A stretch of 49,145 nt of DNA, taken from NCBI GenBank assembly GCA_018398765.1, contig JAHBMJ010000370.1:1-49145 (forward strand), read 5' to 3'. Source of the DNA: Chromera velia (lineage: Eukaryota). The notes below the pieces were generated by a model that was not told the DNA's origin, did not search any database, and worked only from the letters and a program-made list of their open reading frames with translations. Positions 13,733-27,385 of this stretch are shown in pieces; the stretch's first letter is position 1, and the number at the start of each line of letters is the position of its first letter. Both the position numbers and the translations under genes were made by a program.

Positions 13733-15109
13733 ATGCTGGCCCCTGTCCGGCAGGGACTAAAAACTTTGGCCGAGAGCCTTCTGAACATTGTGAGGATGGT
13801 GGAGAGAATGGACGTTCTGCTGGGTACTGTCGACTTTCCTGACCCACCCAGACCTCCTTCTGAGCCCGACAAGCCTGGTGTGCTACTCTCAACAGAGGCG
13901 GCAATTTTTGATCGGCTTACAAAACTGGTTGAAGACATAAGAAAAAATATGCGGTTAGAATTAAATAAGATCATGAGCCTGTGTTACAGGATGGATGTAG
14001 AGCCCCTCTTTGCTCTGGATATCGGTAACGTGATCCGGTCCTTCCAAGCTGTGATGGCTGAGACGCTGCGCGAAGCACTCAACAAATTCATGGAGACGGG
14101 GGAGAAGAGGAAGAGAGAGGACCTCGAGCTTCTCTTGAAGGTCGGCGCGGCAGTGGACGCTGTCGTGGAGGTTCCGGAAGTCGCCCAAGCAGGGGGTAGA
14201 GAGGAGGAAAGGGGGGGACAGCGGATATTACAAGAGACTGCATTGATGAGAGCTGTTGATTTTGGAAGTCTGGAGGCAGTGAAGATTCTGGTGGGGGCGG
14301 GGGCAGGACTTGAGGTTCCTCGGGAAGGAGGAGGGAATCAGGGAGGTGAGAAAGCCCTCCATATCGCTTGCTGAGAAGGCAAACCGGACATTGCCCAGTT
14401 TCTGGTAGAAAGCGGTGCAGAAGTGAAGGCAGCGACTGACGTAGGTTTGACACCCCTCCACTACGTTGCTCAAGCGGGGCAGACAAACCTTGTCAGGTTC
14501 CTTTTGGGGAGAGGTGCTGACGTGCATACGAAAATAGGTGACGATGGGGTCATCTGTATGCATCTTACAGTGGGGAGGGGGGATATAAATGTGGTGGAGT
14601 TGCTTCTCAACAATGGTGCAAGAGTTGATGAGAAAGACAAAGATAACTAAACCATTCTGTTTTACGCTACAGTCATCTTCGGCGACACCCCCATGGACCA
14701 CAGGGTGATTGCAGAGCTGTTAAATTCTAGAGGGGCCAATGTCAACGCACGAGACGTTGATAGATTATCGGTTTTGCATTATGCAGCTTGCTAGGGTTCG
14801 CTTCATGTTGCGACCCTGCTGCTGCAGAACGGTGCCGAGCTCCATGCTGTAACTAATCGTGGACGGACTGTTCTGCACTCATTTGTAGCTTCTGTTGACG
14901 AAGAAGAGATAGAGCACGGTTTATGGGAGAAGAAGCTCCGCATTGCAAAACTTCTGGTGTCTAGAGGCATCAATGTGGGTGCTCTCGATGCAGATGGTAA
15001 CACGGCACTTGATGTCGCAGAGGCTGTGCAGCCATCAGATTCCCCCCTCGTTGCATTCCTTCGTTCATTCGCCGAAGAGGGTGAAGAAGAAGAGGAAGAA
15101 GACGAATAA
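13733..15109 (+). pseudogene. Intronless ankyrin-repeat protein pseudogene (about 7-8 ANK repeats)
   Basis: A single frame with ANK motifs (ETALMRAVDFG, KALHIAC, TPLHYVAQAG, GARVDEKD, GANVNARD, SVLHYAAC, TVLH, GNTALDVA). It is interrupted by TGA 14372-14374, TAA 14648-14650 and TAG 14792-14794, with no frameshift. Confidence 0.85.
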
Positions 15110-18100
15110 TAGGTTGAAGAGGAAGAGGATAAAAAAAAACGGATAATGAAGTGAGGAGACAGAGGTAAAGAGCAAGAGGGAGAAAACGGAGGGGAGGTGT
15201 GTGTGTAGGTAACGAAGGAGAAAGCAAGGAAGACGTTTTGACGTATCTTTCTGCGGGCGGTCGTCGATTTTTACGGCAATTTTCTTCCATCTTGCAGACA
15301 TACATATTATCAAAGATCCCAAAGCGAGACCCTGAAGGATGTGACAAAGCTGAAGAGCAAAAGAAAAAGGTCAGTTAGTGCGGCTTCCTAGACGGGCTCA
15401 GGTAACTCGGGGGTTCATCAACGTATGCAGAGATCCCAAAAGTAAGTGTATGCATGCAGCAAGCACGTGAGGTAACCGATTAACACATGCAGCCAGTTGG
15501 CGGTCTCAATACTCCATTGCATATTCAAATTGTCTCATATGGGACCTTCTGCTTACTTCAGTGTAAAAAATCCTCTCTCTGCTTTGTTTTGCTATCAAGT
15601 TTCAATCTTTCTCATGTTTTTATTTCGTTTTCGTCTGTCCTTTCTTTCGATCTTCTCGTTTTCTGTTGGTCGTCTTGGTTTGGACTGTAAGATTGGAAGC
15701 GCATGGGTCCTGGCTGCCCTCCCTTGGATTTATTTTGCACATCTGCATGCGTGCTTATGTTGTCATGCCTCGGAGATACATGAATGTTCGTCTGGGGGTT
15801 CGGCTGTGGCCAAGTCTACGAATAGGGGATTTGTATTCACGCTGTTGTACATTTGCATATTCTGTTGCTTCAATTTTTTCTGGAGTGAGGAGGAAGGGCA
15901 TGGAGCAGAGCACAGCTTCCTCACTTTGTGCAGAGCACGAGCATGCAACAGATGCTGTGCCCCTTGATGAGCAAAGCTTGGCGGTTTGTTACAATATCGA
16001 GGTTCACTGTCGCGTTTGTAGACTGTGCGTATCACTGTGTCAGTGACCGAATGTATGCACCTACTGTATCGATTCTTGTGTGAAAGTTTCTCGTTCAATG
16101 ATCAATTCGATCAGAATCTTAACATTGATTCGCTTTTTTTTCTATTTCTCAAATTTTGCAGGAAGGAGGACGTACTGTCAAGCAGTTCAAGCTCCGAAGA
16201 AGAAATAGATGACCCGCTGGGCCCGGCTGTCCTCACCGCCTTCCACCAATATTCTCCACTGTCTCCAGACGCCGATTTAAGATTTTGTTCTCTGAGCTTC
16301 TCTCACTCTCAGGTTGCAAGAAGTTGTGCAAAGAGTAGTCTGTGAATCGCTGCCGGCTAGGCTACAGGCTACTGCAGGCCTAGATTGCTCTGTACCAATG
16401 TAAACAAAAGACTCTTGTTATTCCAAATAATGGGACTCAGACCAAATCTAGATCCAAATGTTTACAAATGTTATTAAACATGAAAGCTTCAGTGGTTCAG
16501 CTCAATGTTTGTATGCTGAAATACGTTCTAGCGTCGCACTGCTGCAGCCCGAATAAAGCCTGAGCGAAGCTGGAGAGAGAATTAAGTTCAAACTCAGGAA
16601 GCGCAGTCTGAAAAAGCAATGACTCTGAATAACAGCAAGCGTGTGAGCCGTCTCCACCAACTCAAGTCACGTAGAGCTATCAACGATGCGTTCTCTTACC
16701 ACAGATTGACTCAGCTTTGCATTGACTCCTGTCGATTCCTGAGGAGACGGCCTCAGACTAGGCCTAAGAGCAACCACAAAAGACAGTTTGCCTCCTTACT
16801 CATCGAACAACTAGATAAATTTAGCTCGACAATTAGTATTGGTCGTTCGATGGGGAAGCACGTCTCACTTCTACACGATGCCGTTCTGAAACCTCTTAGC
16901 CAGAAGGAAGAGATCAAGCGCTTGCATTTGAGGAGGAAGATGGAGAAAGATGGAGAAGGAGACGGGAAGTGCTTTTTGGCAGTTTCGCAAATCTGCCCGG
17001 GGAATAGACACCAGTTCTTAAGGGTTCCTCACCGACCTGCAGTTGGACAGCATAGTAAGCAGTTGGCGCGTACGTATGCTGAGTGCAAAACACTGGCAAC
17101 CTGGTTAGACGGATGAGGTTTTCTCCCTTTTGGGGAAGTGGTTCGTGGAATAGAGACAAAGCTAAGCCAGGCTACCGGTTTTGCCTATCTCTTCAGCCGT
17201 TTCCGTCATTCTACCACCGTCTGCCTCAAAACAGGTAGGCTATAAGGAGATTTGGGGCAAGATATGAAGGTGAAAGGGCGCAACCTAACCTAGCCTATCA
17301 GAATGAAGGTTCTCTGACTCTTCTTTGTTCTGATTGAGCTAGATTTCGGCAGAAAGAGGACAAGCCTACACGTTCTATATGAAGATGAAAGACCACTCTG
17401 CCTTGCTACGGGAATTCAGTGAGTGGCCGTCACAGGAAAGCCGTTCTTGCCTGTATTATCTTCCTTCGTGGGAGAAGACTGCCCTAGCAGTATGTCCAGC
17501 TGCGCATCGAACCAGCCAAACGTTAGACGTTCATTTATGGGCCGATAGCGATGGTGAATGATGATGATGATGATGCTGAACTGCCATGATGCTGCAAGGT
17601 TCAGTTATTTAGCTAAAGAATTCAGCCTATATAGCAAATTATTAGTAATTAAATTTTAAAAAATTTTACTTAATTTACTAGTACAATATTGTGAGTTAAC
17701 TGATGAAACCTTAGATGAACATACTTAGCAGAGTGGCTAGGCCGGTGAACAGGGGTAGTAAACCGAAGTTGACTTTAGTATGCTTTGTCATTCGCAGGGG
17801 CGACTTCTAGTAGAACGGCGACGCCGCGACAGTGCTCTACCTAGAGCACCAATTAAGTTAAGTGAGTATCCTAAAGCACTGTCGCCGTTTTGTCTTAGAG
17901 AGGTTCACCAATTAAATCACTATCACTATCACTATGCTAGACTTTCTGACGTTTACTAGGACGTTTACGTGGCTAGGCAGGAAGCTGATGAAGTGACTTA
18001 ACCCGCCAGCCATCGTGTCCCAATGGCAAAGGGCAGTAGAGTTACCTCTATACATGGCGTAGAGTTTACTGGTTGAATCAAAACATAAAGAAATCACTGC

Positions 18101-18125
18101 TATAATTACTGAGATCATCACTGAA

Positions 18126-20409
18126 TTATTCTGCATCGTCATCTCCTGGAAACGAACTTGCCGTCGTCAACGCAGAAGACCTGCACGCGCCCACAGCCAC
18201 TGCAACAGAGGCTGCAAGCAGAGCCTCCGCAGCAGTGGAACCCCCTGCTTTCGGAAGCGAGCTCGGTGCAGAAATCACTTGTTCCGCACGGCTTGTATCC
18301 GATGACTGTCTGTCCAGTTTTGCCTGCGAAACAGGCGGGGCGGGATGGACAGACTCTTTCGGCATTCCGTTGGGGGGCAGACAAGCCATCGTGTTTGGCT
18401 CCTCAGAGGGACTTCTGCGGGGCTGACGGTCTTCCAGTCTCTCCCTTCTGACCTGCAGAGGTGCAGGAGACGGCGAGCGCGCTTGGAAAGCAGGGGACTG
18501 CCTGGAAGACAAAAAGGAGACCTCGCTGCATTCCTTCTCCCTGTCCCTGTCCCACAGGATGTCGGGGGACTTGTGTGCAGGGGATCGAGATCCTCTCAGG
18601 GGAAATGAGAGGAGACGGCCTTTGTTCGCGTCTGCGTGACTAGGCCCAAGGGGGGGGCTTGGCATAGGGGGGGGGGGAGAGACGTCAACCCTTCTTCTGA
18701 GAGAGCGGGGGGATGCTGAGGGAGAGGATGTAGAAAGAGAGAGGGATAGGGACGCCCCCCTCCCCTTTCTCTGTCGATGCATCCCTGCCAGCCCTCTGTT
18801 TTCCTGTCCCTCTTGATGCCTTCCTCTGGTGGTACTCGACAAGAGACCCTGATTTCGATGGATTTGAATAGGAGGCGAAGCTAGGCTGTCGTTTGCTGAC
18901 AGAGACACGGACACAGAGGAAGAAGAAGAGGCGGGCGACTGTTGAAAAGATGCCCCCCCATCCTCTGATTCGCTCTCCTCCCCTTTCCTTTCTGTTCGCA
19001 TTCTTCTCAAAGTGGACTTCAAAGAGCGTGACACGTCTACTGACAGAGACAGAGATACACTCTGGCTCTCTGCAGTCCCCTCAAAGTCCTCTTCCACCCC
19101 CCTCTCTTCAATTCCATCGAATCTCGACGCAGACAGAGACAAAGGAGGTGGGGGAACTCTAATCGTCTTCCCGTCCTCTCCAAGAAAACGAGGGTCATGA
19201 GATGCCCCTGATAAGGCGGAATACGAACGACAACGCTGGAGGCCCGAGCCACCACCCCCCTTTCCTTTCTCTTTCGGGCAGCCCCTCCCAAGAGTCCCCC
19301 CCAGGAACCCCCCAGTGGAACCTGCAAATGCAGACAGTCCACTCCCACCCAAGGGAGGGTGGGAGCTTCTCAACAAATCTAAACACTCACCCCCCACCTC
19401 TCGACTCCCATCCTGCTCAGTCCGTACTGGCCCCTCTTCCTCCTCCCTTGCTTCCAACACGGGCACAAACCTCTGAAGGGCCTGAGGGGGCCGGAAAGGC
19501 AAACGGTGAGTCAGAGCCTCCCCCTGCTTCGATTCCTCTTCTCTCTTTTTCAACTGCACTTCGGTCAAATTCTCAGAAGCTGCCTCTCGCAAGATGCCGT
19601 CCCCTTCCTTCTCGCACGAGGCGGGGGGGTCGGGTCCTCTTTCTTTCCCACCCTCTCTCTCTTGTCTTTCCGCAGACTGAGCCTCAGCCTCTCCTCCTGC
19701 TTCTGGATGGACGCCGTTTTCTCTGTCTCTTCGGGCCACCAAAGCCAGAGAGGGCTCGGAGGAGGAAGAGGACGAACTTGACGAAGCCACGCCGTCAAAA
19801 CGCCTGCAACCTGACTTGTCTGACTCAAGCTCTTCTTCCTCCTCCCCCTCTTCGGAATCCGTCTCCCATCTTTGTTTTTTCTTTTCCCCCGAGAATGACG
19901 GTCCTCTTCGTGACACACCTCCACACATTTTGGACAGAGCTGCCATCCGAGACTGGAGACCTCTCCGAGAGGCCCCAGAAGCCCCCCCCTTCAGTCCGGA
20001 TCTCTGCACCAGAAGACCGCCACGGCCCCTTCCCCTGCCCCCAGGGGGGGCGGAAGAGGACATGCGCCCCCCCTGCAGTGCAGTGGGAGAGAACTGGGCG
20101 TATCGGGGTGCTACTTGTGTAGACAGGAAGGAGGAAGAAGGGACCTCCACTTCTGCCTCTCGGAGCTGACTTTTCTTCAGCTGTGTGGCTTTCTTCAGGA
20201 CAGCTGCATGAGGTGGAGACGGGGGAGAGTTCTGCACCATTCGAATCGGCCCCTTTCCCTTTCCCTCAAAAGGACTTCTTTCTCGTTCTCCTTCTCTCAG
20301 GCGTTGCGGGGACGCCCTTTGAGCTTTCATCTGTTCCTCCTCTCCTCCGTCTCCCTCGGGCTCGGAGTCGTCGAGGGACCTCAAAAGCTCTCTGTATGAA
20401 AGAATACGC

Positions 20410-20440
<31 letters not shown>

Positions 20441-23400
20441 TGCACAAACAGCGAGTTTCACAAACAGAGACAAAAAAAGCAAAAAAAAGGACGGATGCAG
20501 ACATCAAAGGTGAAGAGCCGTGCTCTCTCTCAATATGTGTGCACATGAATGACCGGTAATATGTGTGCACATGAATGACCGGTATTCACAAGGGATGAAG
20601 AAGAGGGGACCGAAAAGGATCGGTATACGGCAGTGCATGGAGTTCAATCTTCAGCCAAGCGAGCAACGGACAACCAGACAGTATCCCACCTCCACTTCCC
20701 CACTTCCGAGGCTTCTCCGATCATCCACACGAAGACACCGCGTGGCTGCGAGACTTCAGTTTGGAACACCAATTCATTCACATGATCAGCAAATTTGGCC
20801 AAAACATGTAACCCAGCAGGATTCGCCCTCAATCCTCCCTCTACCATCCATCTATCCATCCATCTATCCACGCACACATCCACAAAGACAGACAGACTGA
20901 CTCCAAAACCCCAAGTGCTCCCTCTGCATCGCCCCCTTCCCTCTCCCTGTTTTGTCGATCCCCCTCACTGCCCTCTTCCTCCATCTGCCTCCCCTCCTCC
21001 GTCTGGTACTGCAGTACCCTGACGCATTTGGCCAGCCGGTCCCTCAGTCTCTGCTTTGAAGAAGAGGGAACGCCCGGGGGCCCTGTCTTGGACCCCCTCA
21101 GTGACGCACGCGGGTCTTCGTGCACATCACGACGAACATCAGAGTCTCGCTGCACACATGCAGGGAAGGAAGGACAGGAGGGCCGGGGGAGGGGCGTTGC
21201 ATGGAGGGAAGGAGCCAGCAACCATGAACCTCCTGCCTCCAGGGCCGTCGCTCGCACAGTAGTGCAAACAAGGGAGCCAGGCGCGAAGCGGTCAAAAAGA
21301 CCACGAAAAAGGACCGCAACTGCAGTGTCACCGAATGAAGCTTGATTTCACCAGGCCCATTGAAAAAGACACCAAAAAAGAAAGCCCACACGGCGCACAA
21401 AAAAGAAGAGAAAGGCTGACCGTGTAGTCTGCTCTGTCTCCCTCCTGCATTGCCATTTGAAGTCTGGAGAGAGTATCCAAAGCCGCCGAAGAAGAATGGA
21501 TAGGTCCCGAGGATCCCGTCATTCTCCCCTGCTGTCTCCAGGTCTCCCCCCTTCCTCCTCCCCGTCCAGATGCTGAAGGAGAGGAGAAAGGAGGGGGGGG
21601 AGAGGGGGTGCGGTCGGCTCCCTCTGCCCCCATCTCGGCAGGGCTCCAGGGTCGTCTCCTGCCTGTGCCGTCTCTGTCTCTCCATGCCCCCCGCCCCCCT
21701 CTCTGAAGCGACCGATGCGCACTCTGACTGAGGGCGTGTCCTAGTGAGTGCGGGTGTTGCAGAGGCGTATGCGGAATGGAGCGGGATGGAAAGGGCGGCA
21801 TCCTCAAAGCAAATTCGTCCTCCTCTGTGGCTGTGAGGAAGTCATACAGCCATCTGCACTCACTCACCCACACAGCCAGTCAGGCAGACAGACGCACAAT
21901 ACGAAGCAACATCTTCGATGCGGCAGAAGTGAATGAAGACAAAGAGACTTTCAAGGGGTAGGCGGAAAGGAAGCAATGGAGCCAACGATGCTGAAGAAAA
22001 CTGGGTACATTTGGGAAGAAAGAAAGCTAGAATCAAACACCAGGCGTTGAGTTTTGGAATATTCGGTGAAAAAAGACGGGGCCGAAAGAGCCTGCCGTTC
22101 AAGGATAAACAGTCGAAAAAGAAAAGGAGGGTTGGTAAACAAACTACAACCGTTCTAGGAAGGGCGAAGGCTCAAGGCAGAGATCGCAGGATCAGCATAT
22201 GTCGGGAGAATGTCGAATAGACGTAAATGATGACGGAGGAAGACGGTTGGCTTTCTTTTTGGTCAAAAAATCAAAAGAGAAACCCCGGCTCTCGAGACTC
22301 TCGCTCGCAGGCCGAGTGCCCATACGGCCGCTCTCAGACACACATGCAGTAGATTGATTGAGACGCCCACCTTGCTTCTCTCAGGTGATACGCGTATGAG
22401 GCCTCTGCAACCGATCTTTTCCAGGGACCCCCACCAGGTGTCGACCCCTCAGTATGTCCCTTCGCTGCAGCGTGGCTCCTTCGCCCCCCGCCGCTCCTCT
22501 GCGTCTTTCCTGAGTGAGGCGAAAGACCCTGTGTGACGAGTGACCGCAACAACTTCCCCTTCCCTCTGGCTGTTGTGGAGGAAGGGGTGACAGCAGAAGG
22601 AGTCATCACAACCCCAAAGGGATCCTCTCTGCCCTCTGGAGGAAAGTCCTCGGGAGGCACTATCGGCTCCTCGTCTCTCCTTGGACCCGGCATGGGCCGG
22701 GGTCCGTGTGGGCCAGCCTGGAGCGTTGCTGCCGCCAGCCACCGCGCCTTTCTGGGCGAAATGGTGTCCTTCTGAGGAGGACCGGGAGGCGAGGGAGGTC
22801 CCCGTGTGAGAGGAAATTGTCCTCCTCCTCCTCCTGTCTGATCTGCACGCCATGCGAAAGGCGCCGTGTGGGCATGCGGATGCCCTCCCATCGAGTCGGC
22901 ATGTTCGGGGAGGACAATACCCTGGGGGTGGAGACGGGAAGCGAAGGCGTCTGCAGAAAATGAGGAAATGGAACTCGCAAATCAGTCAGAAAGCGACAAT
23001 ATAGAAGAAGAAAGAGCAAGAGAGGGTATCTGAAGGTCCTGCTTTGCCTTTGAGTGTGTTTCCCGGAGACTGGTTGAGTGGTAATGCGTTGCTGTTGGTG
23101 TTCTTTGGACCCGCTGTGTTGAGATGAGGTCTTCAGCTGGTTTGCTGTTTCTTACTGTGCCAGTTCGACTCGCTTTACTCTCCTGTCTCTTCACTGTCAG
23201 ATTCAGCAAGAAAAGAAGTGAACCTCCCTCTCTCCTCTCTATCTGCTCTCCAAACCCGGCGGACCGACCGACCGACCGACCGACCTTCATCTGCTGTTGC
23301 CATGAAAGGAGGCGGAGCGGTCGCACGGAGACTTCCAAGCCGGGGTGGGGGGGGTTCCTCCTTGCTCAGCCGGTCCCGGAGCTCTGCAAGTTCGGCTCCC

Positions 23401-26029
23401 AAAATCTGGATCCAACCAGAAAGGGCAAGAGAGAAGTGAAAGAAACACTGTACGCGCCTTTCCAGGACGAGATAGATAAGGGACATACAAGGGAGCACCG
23501 CCACAAAGCGCACAAAAAAAAAAGAAAAAAGAGGCCACGAGTTTACACTGCGGGACTTGGATGCTTCAGTCATTTGTCTTTTTGTCTTTGTCGTCCTGTC
23601 AAAGAGGAATGCCAACCACTTCTGTGAAATCTTGTTTGATGAAAAGGGGAAAGCAAAAGCACAGTCACTGCGCTCACCCGATTTTTTGCCCTTTCCAAAG
23701 CAAAAGCCTGCGCGAGATGCCACTCTGCGGTCCCTGTCGCAGCAGCCCCTCCAGATTCGGGAGAGGCCCACGAAGAGACCCCTTCTCTATCTGTCCCCCT
23801 CGCCCTCTCCCTCTCCCTCTCTGCAGCGATCCCTTTTCCCCTCTGCCCCCCATCCCCATCCTGTGCCGCATTCGTCCCGGAAAGCTTGGCACCTGACCGC
23901 TTTTCTCCGTCTCCAGCCTTGCTTGTATTCGTGTAGCGCATTCCCTTGGGTGAGTGGAAACGGTATGGGGTGTCTGCATAGATCCCGCCGTCTCCTTTGG
24001 GATTGACATGCGACGCCATCTGCAAAAGCTCTCGTGGAGTCATTCCCATGGAGGGGGCGTGGTGCATTCGTTGTTCCAGCCTTCCGGGTCCTTCCCGGAA
24101 GTGCATCTCCGCGTAACCTCCTTCTCTTTCCATTCTTTCCGCAAATGCAAAAGAGAAAGGGGCGGAGGGCGTCTGCATCGCATTGAACCGACCTTGGAGC
24201 GTGTTCAGTGCAGATGCTCCATTAGAGGACAGGGGAAGCGAGTGGAGAGCCTCGAGGGCTGTGCGTTGCTGCTGGCTGGTATCGGAGGCCATTGTCATCG
24301 AAGGTTGGCCGTGTCTGATGGGTAGAAGGGAGGAGGGGTGTGGATGGCCGGAGGGGGTGAGTAAAGCCTCGGGGAATTCAGTCTGAACTTCCGTGTGACG
24401 CATTGGGCGAGTGGGCTGCGAGGGATGCACTAAGTGTTCCTCCTGTGTGGGTGGTTTTTGGAGGAACGAAAAGGGAGCGGTGGCGTGGGGAGTTTGTGTG
24501 TTCTGGTACTGATAGAAAGCGGTTGGGGGGGGAGGAGACGGGAGCCCCCCTGTGGCTGCATTGTGGAGTGCAGAGAGCGCAGAGACTCCCGGAAGCTCTT
24601 TTTCTTGTTGTTCTTCTTGTGGGTTTTTCTTTTCGTTCAGAAGAATGGGCTCTGGCTGGGGTGGGGGGGTGGGAAAGAAGAGGTAGTGAGGGCGTCGCTT
24701 GCACTCGATGCGTTTGCAGTTGGCTGCCATCATCAGAGTGCTCACGGAGCTCTGCAGGGGGGACACGGGCGGTAGGCGCAACACACGCACGACGGATACT
24801 CATTCAGAGAGACGGTCAGGGAAACACAGGCAAACGCTGAGGGAGTTCGGGGAGCAGAGGCAGAGATGGAGACACGCAAGTGCGGACGAAGTAGAAATGG
24901 GGATAAATGAATGGAGCTATTGCTAGGAGAAAACGGGTAGAGGTAGAGGGGCCATGCAGTTTTGTCTGAAAAAATGCAACCTTTGTCCTCGATGCATGTT
25001 GACGCAAGCATGAAAGAATGAAGTGACGCACACTTCCACGCTAACGCAGTCTATCGAAAAAAAAGGGCGCCCGCCTCTTCTCGGATCTCCCCCCAAGCCA
25101 ACAGAACAGTAGACCGAGAGACGGACTTGTGTGTGGAGGTTCATGGGAGAGATGCAGAAGACCAGTGCAACCCCACATCCCTTCGTTTGGAGGGCATCGT
25201 ACAGGACTCTGTTCAAGACGGACTGTCTCTTGTCGCTTTGGGGAAGTTTTCCCTCCTGCATGCATGCAGACAGAATCAGAAAGGGGAGTGATCAGGTAAT
25301 GAACCAATCTTTCTCACCAAACGAGCAGAAGAAGAAAACATTCAATCAAAAACGGAAGCCCTCTGCGTGAAGCAAGAAGTGAACAAAGAGAGAAAGCGGG
25401 CAAAGCGGTCCATTGCCCGGCACCTTTTTCTCGGAGCCGAGTCCTTTGCTTTGCTCAACAAATTCCTCGGGGAAAAAGAGGGAGCGTAGAAGAGAGGAAC
25501 CAAAAGGAGCACTCTACAAATATATCTCTAGCCCGAGCGCTCAGGAAAAGGAGAGAACAATGCGAGAACATGTGTGGAGCAACGTCGCTGCTAAGGACAT
25601 CACTAGAGAATATGCTATAATCCGGTGTTGGAGGTGTAATTAAATCACTGGTTGAGACTAATTTGCCATAAATTAGTAGCAAAACGACGGACCTGCAAGT
25701 TTCTGATGAGTCGGTTGAGTGTCGACAGAGACGTGTTCAACACTCGCGCTGTTGCTCTCCCATCTGCCGTCGGATTCTCGTGTTCCTTCTCACCTGCACA
25801 CTCACACACGAAAAAACCGACCGATGTGTCGGAATGGCGGGATCAATCATCATTCCGATCTTACTTCTGTACCAGCCAGAAACAAACACACGGTCCCCCT
25901 CCCATGCCCACCATCGCCAGCTGAATCGATTCTGAATTCTGTAATCAAAATTTAAAAAACCAATCCTATAAAGGAAGGAAAAAGCCTGAGGAACATTCTC
26001 AGACACCAAGCAATCAAGGGAATCCCGTG

Positions 26030-26065
<36 letters not shown>

Positions 26066-26116
26066 CTGTCTGTCGGTCTGTCGGTCGGTCGGTCGGTCTG
26101 TCTGTCTGTCTCGCGC

Positions 26117-26148
<32 letters not shown>

Positions 26149-27385
26149 GATTTATCGGTGACCCCCTTTCTGTTTGCCACCACCTCCCCCTTTGAATCCA
26201 CCAGCGACACCCACATAGACTCACAAGAGCCAAAACTTTGAAGCAACAAAAGGAGAGACTCACTTCCAGCCAAATCCACCAACGTCACGCCTCCCGCGGT
26301 CCCCCTCCCCGAGGGCGCGTGTCTCTTTTCAACCACCAACTGCACAACCGCATGGGACCTGGAGGACCGAGAATTGACCGAGCTAAGCCCCGTTTTCCTC
26401 TGCTCACATGCGTCAAAGAGCATGCCAAGGCACGACATGGCATCCCTGACGAGCACTCTCTTGTACTGCACCTTGGAGGTCTTCACGAAGAATTTGTCCT
26501 CCAGGAAACGAATCGGTTCCCCGTTTTCGTCCCTCGAGTCAGGCCCGAAAGGCGGGACGAGATCCTCCAACGAATCTCCAAATATCTCAAAACACGACAC
26601 CCACACAAACACCTCACTACCCTCCGGTTCATCCCCCCTCTCCTGTTTGGCGTAAATTTCATTGAAGAGGTTCTGTATGAACAAGTGCAAGAGCCCAAAA
26701 TCGGAATCCGAATTTCCGAAAATTGTGTGCGTCTTGCCGGACCCCTGCAGGCACACAAAAGCCATGAATCGACTTGTGCCAATTTCCAAAAGCATTCTCT
26801 CACGCTCTGTTAAAGTCGCTGCACGCATAAAAGTGATCGTGGACCTCACTCTCTTGCCAAGTGTCCTGTGCGTCTCCAGCGCATAAACCGAGAGTAGTAA
26901 CAAAAGAGAAGAATTCAATGTCCTCTCTATGGGGGCATCTCAAACGGACGCAGAATAATAGGGACGGCAAATTGGTCGTATGGGGCCCCCATAGAAACCT
27001 CTTTCAGAAGACAGAAGCGCTAATTCAGCCTCCGCGAGTCAAAACAACACCTCTCAAAGAGCCTCATATGTGTCTCACCAGCATACAATCCCACCGTTTG
27101 TCCATAGGCCATGACTGTCTCCTGTATTCCCTTCAGAGCATTTTTGATCATTTTCTCTCCCCCGACGGACTCGAACACCTTGGCGTTGTCTTCTGAAGGT
27201 CCGAAGATCCTTTGAAATTCATATTCCTCCAACAAATGCCCTCTTTCGACTAGAAGAGCCTTCTCGTGCTTGCACCAAATAGAGACCCGGTCAGGCTTCC
27301 CTCGAAGCACCCGAGAGATCTCATACGCACAGTCAGGCTGGTGTTCCGGTCGAACACGCACGAACACCACGTCCTTGCTCGTCAT
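18126..27385 (-). CDS. Divergent kinesin: N-terminal motor domain plus long low-complexity tail, 10 exons
   Basis: Exons 27385-27095, 26744-26264, ~25793-25693, ~25256-25128, ~24751-23679, ~23406-23286, ~22950-22372, ~21853-21421, ~21149-20900 and 20391-18126 have compatible phases. Motifs: VFVRVRP, AYGQT|GSGKT (P-loop split by an intron), SCFEI, NSRSSRSHA, LVDLAG|SE, LNTSLSTL, CISP. The motor call is secure; linkage of the tail exons is inferred from phase. Confidence 0.85.
20532..20583. repeat. Perfect 26-bp tandem duplication (intronic)
   Basis: AATATGTGTGCACATGAATGACCGGT x2. Confidence 0.95.

Noticed and set aside
13733..15109. Alternative genetic code or stop readthrough explaining the ankyrin stops
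   Set aside because: All three stop types occur, and neighbouring genes terminate normally at TGA (CapA), TAA (kinesin) and TAG (Ala-rich gene) with no internal stops.
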